Of a stretch of DNA of 64,000 bases, positions 58,178-64,000 are shown in pieces. This DNA comes from Babesia bigemina (taxonomy: Eukaryota). Numbering within the stretch: the stretch's first letter is position 1; the number at the start of each line of letters is the position of its first letter. The DNA lies in contig NC_027218.1 in assembly GCF_000981445.1 (NCBI RefSeq), positions 3,286,001-3,350,000 on the forward strand, read 5' to 3'. A program made the position numbers and the translations under genes. Below the pieces are notes generated by a model that worked only from the letters and a program-made list of their open reading frames with translations, did no database searches and was not told the DNA's origin.

Positions 58178-58662
58178 TACAACGCCGGAGAACTTTGCAT
58201 TGTAGTTAGTATATGATACACTCGTAAATCAGCGCATTGTTGACGCATAGGTGCGTTCACATCCACTTTCTGACGAAACGATTCCTCAAATTAGGTGACA
58301 CTGCGGAATCCTATCGACAACAGGACGACACCCTAAGGCTGCCGCTTCAGCACACCGCTTCTATTTTCGAGCAGAATAACTTCTATATGCGCGCAGAAAC
58401 TGGTGCGATGGATAAACAGCTGGTTGCATATGGCGCAACTACCTGTGCGTGGCGCGCGTGGATGGGCTGACGTGTAGACAGCTCGGGCGCATCTAAGAAG
58501 CCTGACGAATTCGACGTCACCGGGCAATTTAAATTGCAAACGAACGCATCATATGTTGCGATCAGTGGTAGCTGCTGGATAAGGTTGTACGTGTCCAACT
58601 GCGGCGCCAGCCTTCAAACCACTGTCGGAAGATAACGTAACGAACACCGTAACATCGCAAAC

Positions 58663-59466
58663 ATGGATGACGAGGAGGGGAGACTATTCCGCTGCAGAAG
58701 GACCTGCTGCGAAATGCTGGAGGACCGCGGATACTTCATCCCAAACCAGGAAAAACTGGAGACCTTCCAGGAGTTCAAAGCGAGATACGAGCTTTACGAC
58801 AAAGTGTGAGTGAACAGTCGGAAAAATGTCACGTTTGCTATAGGCGGTCCAAAATGTTGCTGGTTGCGTCGCTCAAGACCGATAAGAACACCAAGCTCCT
58901 GGTCTACTTCGCCGACGAAACCAAGAAAACCGGTGTCAAGCCAATAAGAGAGTTCGTGTTTAAATACAGCTGTGGTGAAGCTTGTGCAGGCTCACGGAGA
59001 AAATGGAGGACCACGACATTCACAGAGCCATATTGGTCACGCAAAACGTGCTAACGCCCTTCGCAAAGGATGTACGTGACGCATTCCACAACACCCAATT
59101 CTGCATAGGCGATACTCGAGGCAGCGCCCAGGAATATCATCGAAAACTTCCTTGAAACTGAGCTGCTGGTTAACATCACGAAGCACGAATTGGTGCCGAA
59201 GCACATACCGCTCACCATGGACGAAAAGCAGACGCTACTGCAACGATACAAGGTAAGGGCATACAATTGTCGAAATGTATATCATTTTAGGTCAAAGAGA
59301 GTCAAATACCGCGCATACAGGCCGCAGACCCGGTGGCGAGGTACTTCGGACTCACAAAAGGACAGGTAGCGGCGCCCATCATGTAGCTGACTATGCGCAG
59401 GTTGTCAAAATTATTAGACCCAGTGAAACGGCAGGAAGATACGTCACGTTCAGATTAGTATACTGA
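58663..59466 (+). CDS. RPB5: RNA polymerase I/II/III common subunit RPB5
   Basis: [48 protein letters not shown] and [20 protein letters not shown], with five short introns. Confidence 0.96.
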
Positions 59467-59491
59467 ATAAACATCGCAACGTATCCGTGCA

Positions 59492-60620
59492 CTAAACTGC
59501 ATCAACTCCCTCGTAACTGCTCCTAAAAAGCTTCCATATGTGCGCGTTCCCGTCCAAGCCACAGGTGGCGAAGTCGCCAGTGACGACGTCGAAGGCTGCG
59601 TCGAGTATCGTGTCGTGGTGCGCATTCAGTGCTGCGCTCACTTCCAGTGTGTGTGTGTCCAAAACGCGGATTCCGTAGTCCCAGCAACACGCAAGGCTGA
59701 TGGCGCCATCTGCACGGGTACGCAGGCATCCCACACCACGTAACAGAGTGTCATACTCGTACAAGTTTTTGCTGCGTAACAACATCAGGCCGTCTGACAG
59801 CGACGCATGGAGCAGTGAAACGTTGCCATCGGTGTCCCCTACAAGCAGGACGTCTCGCCACGCAGCGAGCGACGGAAGCGCTTCTACGCCCTTTAGCTTT
59901 AGCGTTGAAACCGGAATGGCAGGATTGCGCAGATCCAACACTGCCACTAAGCCAGATTCATACGTAGCCGCCACATGATGATCGGAAACCGAGGGCAACG
60001 GCTCGAAATTTTGCAGGCTCCCTACATCCTCGCCAACTGCCGGTGCACGGACTTCAATGACGTGCTGCGACGATATAGACTTTTGGGGTCCATGATTGGA
60101 GTATGTGGCGTTGTAAGACCCTGCATATGACAGTGTTAACGCAACTCACACGAACCTTTGATCTCATACGGGGCGCGAAGGTCATGGCACACGATGGAGT
60201 TCAAGCCGGACGGGCACAGCAGCAGCGGCATGCCAGAGTAACAGCAACGGATACGAGCGAACGTGCTATGACACATCGCGAACTCGTGAACTACACCGCT
60301 ACGTTTAAGGTCAAACAGCGAAACCACGTCCTTGTGCTGCAGAGCAACGATGCCGCAATGCGGGGAACCTAGAAATACGTTAAACGAGGTAAACACATTT
60401 GCTGCTAACAGCTAGAAGAGAGCACGATACCATGTGGCACCAGAGGCAACACCGACACCAGGTCGGCTCTGGGACGCGACGACGACAACCGATTCCCGGA
60501 CTCTAAATCCCAGCTGCACAACCCGCCATTTCTGCTACCCGTTACAAGCCGCGAACCAAAGTAACACACGGACGTCAATCCGTGTCCAGTGCGAATAGTT
60601 AGATACGGTGAAACCAACAT
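59492..60620 (-). CDS. WD40 protein, GNB1L/Asa1-like
   Basis: LVTGSRNGGLCSWDL, ATYESGLVAVLDL, GVGCLRTRADG...CWDYGIRV and FATCGLDGNAHIW, with about two introns. Confidence 0.7.
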
Positions 60621-61343
60621 TTGGATCTTGCATTTATGGTACAACTGGGCGCGCTGAATACAACAGTCGAATTGCTCAGCGCGGTTCCGGGCGCACGTTG
60701 CGGAATACCTACTACAAAACTATATTTATATGAAACTTCTTGCAAAAGAGCATCACTTCAGATGCTCCCTCATCCAACACATAAGTCAAATTAGCGGCCA
60801 CGTTATCATATAAACGACACGTAACAAGACAATAACGTGGAGCCTCTAGCACACACAACCGGTGTTATATATGTGCCCGGCAATCTAAAAATGGATAATA
60901 TAACACAGTTATACAGCAATGGTGATGTATATGTGTTAGGAAAGGGCGAAACAATGTATCACTTCACTAACACAACCCAGATCAGAGCGGACGATAAGAT
61001 TCGATACACACCGCCGAAATCGACACAGCAAACACTCAGCAGACAATACGGATTTGCGCCCAGACTACGAAACACGAAAAAACTGCGTCGCAAGCTTACG
61101 CGTGAAGCAACGCGACAACCAATGCCGCGCGCCCCAGCGACGTACAAGCATTTCGCGGCTCTGCGAGGCGCAAATCAGCAGCTGCTTAGCAGACAGTAAT
61201 TTGTAACACAAGAGCTGCGTAGTCAGACACTTGCTCTCGAGGCGAACCCTGGCAGAAGGGACGCCGGTGCCGAGGGCGCGAGCAGGAGGCCACGCGGACG
61301 AAACGTAACATCTCAAACGTCGTGGGTTATAATAATATACAAA

Positions 61344-62474
61344 ATGGCGTGCACGTATTATATAATGGCCGCGCGCCGCAACTTCGCGTCGATTCTCCAT
61401 CACGAAATGAAGAAATCGGCGCATATGCCGGCGGCAAGTGAACGTCCGCTCTACAGGAACGCGTTCGACAGAGCAGAGCATGCCTCGTTATGGGCGTTGG
61501 ACAAGACCAAATTCGAACGAACGAAGCCGACAGAGTCGCTTGCCGACCTCATCACGCCGCACGCCCATGGGCACAAGTTCACGAACTCGGGGATTACCAA
61601 ATACGCGCACTACGTAAACGTGTGGGAGCCGGTATTCCCACGTACCCCCGATGTGCAAAAGGGAGAACTCATATCTGGAGCCAACTTCACCCGTACTAGC
61701 GGATGGCATCTGCCCGGAGAACCGGCGATAGTCTCGGTTGGGAAATTAGCGCCGGACAACCAAAGGGCTATCGGTTACGCAGAAAACGCTGTCGTGCCCG
61801 ACTCTATTGCGCCCGACGTATTCCCAGACTTCAGCGAGTACAGGCTGCCCAAGGGAACTGACAGAAGAGCGGCCATATACCTCATGTCAGCGACGGCGAT
61901 GTTCTTCTTCCTCGCATTGGGCAGGTCCATCGTGTGCAAAGTCATACACTTCTTCTGGGTGGCGAGAGTAAGGTGGTGCTCATTGCTATCAAACTTGCGC
62001 AGGACGTTGCTGCTAGTGGCTCCATAGAGGTTAACGTCTCCCAGATGATACCCGGCGATCAGATCACCGTCAAGTGGAGGGCGAAGCCCGTATTTATCAA
62101 GAGGCGTACGCGTGAAGAAATTGAGCGTTCTAGGTACGAAAACATCGTATTAAGTTATATCAAACCGTGCAGGAAGGACGATGAGATCGTCGACTCCATG
62201 AGGGATCCTGAACTGGATTCGGAAAGAAACGTGAACCCAGAGTGGCTCGTCAACATCGGTATATGCACACATCTGGGTTGTGTTCCTACCAAAGGAGGCA
62301 ACTACGGTGGTTACTTCTGCCCATGCCACGGATCGCACTACGATGCCTCGGGTGAGTTTCACGTGGACAAGCTACAATAGTTTTGCAGGCCGAATTAGAC
62401 AAGGACCCGCTCCATCAAACCTTGAAGTGCCACCCTACAAATTCATCGACGAAAACACAATCAAACTAGGGTGA
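61344..62474 (+). CDS. Cytochrome bc1 Rieske iron-sulfur subunit
   Basis: CTHLGCVP and CPCHGSHYD 2Fe-2S boxes, [10 protein letters not shown] and [10 protein letters not shown]. Three introns and a long N-terminal extension. Confidence 0.96.
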
Positions 62475-62539
62475 AACACGTAATTTAGTACGCAATCTTT
62501 ATAAGCATCATCTGTCAACTGCGGCGGCGTGCATGATAC

Positions 62540-63520
62540 GTTATTCGCTGGGAGTACTGACATCGCTGACAGGGGTGGCAAGTCTGCTGGCCGCGTTGGA
62601 AAACTCTTTCCTTATATCGCAGTAAATTTAGTTGTAATTCTGCTCTAAACCATATCCTTCACTGCCTCCAACTGATTGTCAACGGCTTAGGCGGCGTCTC
62701 CATCTTTGCCGGTGGTTAGGATTGTGTTAATTGCATAGCCAAGCTTGCAGCGAAATTTTTGAGTCACCTTAAGGGCATCATCTACCTTGGCTGCAATAAT
62801 GATTTCGGAGATGGCAGGGCTATAGTTTGGGAGAGGAGAAGTCGAATCTCCTTCGCAACCTAGTTGGCTGTGGCTAGTAGCGCAATGGAGTTTAGTGGCT
62901 TTACGGATTTGTCTTTGTTACCATACTTTGCAATCATACTGGATATCTCCGCTGTAAGCGCGACAATCTACACGTGGATCTCCTTAAATTTTTTGCCAAG
63001 CCCATTTACAAATGCCTCACAGACTCTTTTGATGGCCACACTGATTTGGGGTCATCCTGCTGGCGCCATCAGTTGCTTGAATCTTTAAGCTTAGTCTAGA
63101 TGTGCTCACCAGAACGTCTGTACAATATCAATATGCGTCTAGCCCTTAATTGTGCCTTGCGTACCCGCAAGATCATTCAGCGCCACATTGACCACCTCAA
63201 GAGCATACAACGCTGTACAAAGTAGCACTTTATATAGATAGTCGCCATCCATATGGTTATTCAGAGTCAACATTGCCTTTGAAAATTCCCAAATCCTCTT
63301 TCAGTGTCACCCAAACTTGGAAACCCATGCGCTGAATTTGTCCCAACCCCTATCCTCAATATTATCTGTCATTGCCTTTAAATACCGCTTTAGCGCAATG
63401 TCCATTTTTACCATAGCCTCTAACGTCACACACAGCTAATTCCCAACTTGCTCCGTAGCCCTCGGCGCCACCACATACGGGGTCATCCTCTTTGCCATAC
63501 ACCTACAGAATTACTATGCC
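62540..63520 (-). pseudogene. Decayed fragment of a piroplasm multicopy helical/antigen-like gene family
   Basis: AT-richer DNA with protein-like minus-strand segments (LEAMVKMDIALKRYLKAMTDNIE; AIKRVCEAFVNGLGKKFKEI; IAAKVDDALKV) interrupted by stops and frameshifts. Confidence 0.35.
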
Positions 63521-64000
63521 AAGTGATGAATAGCTCGTATCTCGTCATTCCTTTGGTAATTAGACACTTTGATCGTCCTTGTCTCTGTTGGACCTATCTT
63601 AAATTCTGTCGGCAGGAAGCAGCCTACCCATATGTTATAACCTCGCAATTGCAGTAATAAAGTTCTAGGACGTGTTCTCGTATTGTAATCCCGTTTATGA
63701 AGTTTGTACTATGTATGATGTGTGATTGTAAGAGTTGTGGAGAATGTTGTCGCAACAACTATGTTGTGCTACCGGAATGCGAGGGATGTTATATCGCCGT
63801 CTGTAAATACTCTTACGAGTTAAGAGTTTGCCAATGAAATATACATATAATAATCCATAACACCTATCACGTAGCAGGAGATTTTGAAACTCCACCAATG
63901 TAGATAATCAAATACTGTGGCGGTGGTTGACCACATTCGAATATCCGTTCTAGTATGTACTGGGATAGCTTTATGTGCTCCTTATATATTCTCAGAATGC

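Noticed and set aside
22670..59466. Apparent clustering of RNA-processing genes (SNU13, Urb2-like, LSM11-like, SART3, NPL, NSRP1, RPB5)
   Set aside because: They are interspersed with unrelated genes on both strands, and such genes are common in a compact genome; no evidence of a functional cluster.
1..64000. CRISPR arrays, transposons, prophage or defence operons
   Set aside because: Intron-containing eukaryotic genes throughout; I saw no repeat-spacer arrays, transposase/RT motifs or terminal repeats.

Overview
Gene-dense eukaryotic DNA, most likely from an apicomplexan piroplasm (Babesia-like). This is inferred from the very short GT-AG introns (mostly ~30-50 nt), short intergenic spacers, apicoplast-type bipartite leaders and apicomplexan-style proteins. 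I spliced about 30 genes by eye. Metabolic and organellar genes: PIG-Q, dihydroorotase, large NAD-GDH, SAM synthetase, GatA, patatin lipase, an apicoplast S1-domain protein, uS17m and the Rieske protein. Trafficking, signalling and ubiquitin genes: a DYRK-like kinase end, TRAPPC11-like, Yip1, WDR44-like, RNF5-like, an E2, an EF-hand protein and importin alpha. Nuclear and RNA-processing genes: SMARCAL1-like helicase, SNU13, Urb2-like, LSM11-like, SART3-like, a nucleoplasmin-like protein, NSRP1, RPB5 and GNB1L-like. Poorly defined genes: an 8-TM protein (GAP40-like architecture), a FAS1 protein, an orphan secreted protein and a degenerate AAA+ protein. The last ~1.5 kb is AT-richer and looks like a decayed multigene-family remnant. 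I could not support any tRNA, rRNA, CRISPR array or mobile element. The most notable observation is a 4-exon LSM11-like gene (U7 snRNP-type Sm protein), only partly visible in the ORF track, whose stop codon overlaps a convergent Urb2-like gene. All family calls come from remembered motifs, not database searches, and exon boundaries are manual.
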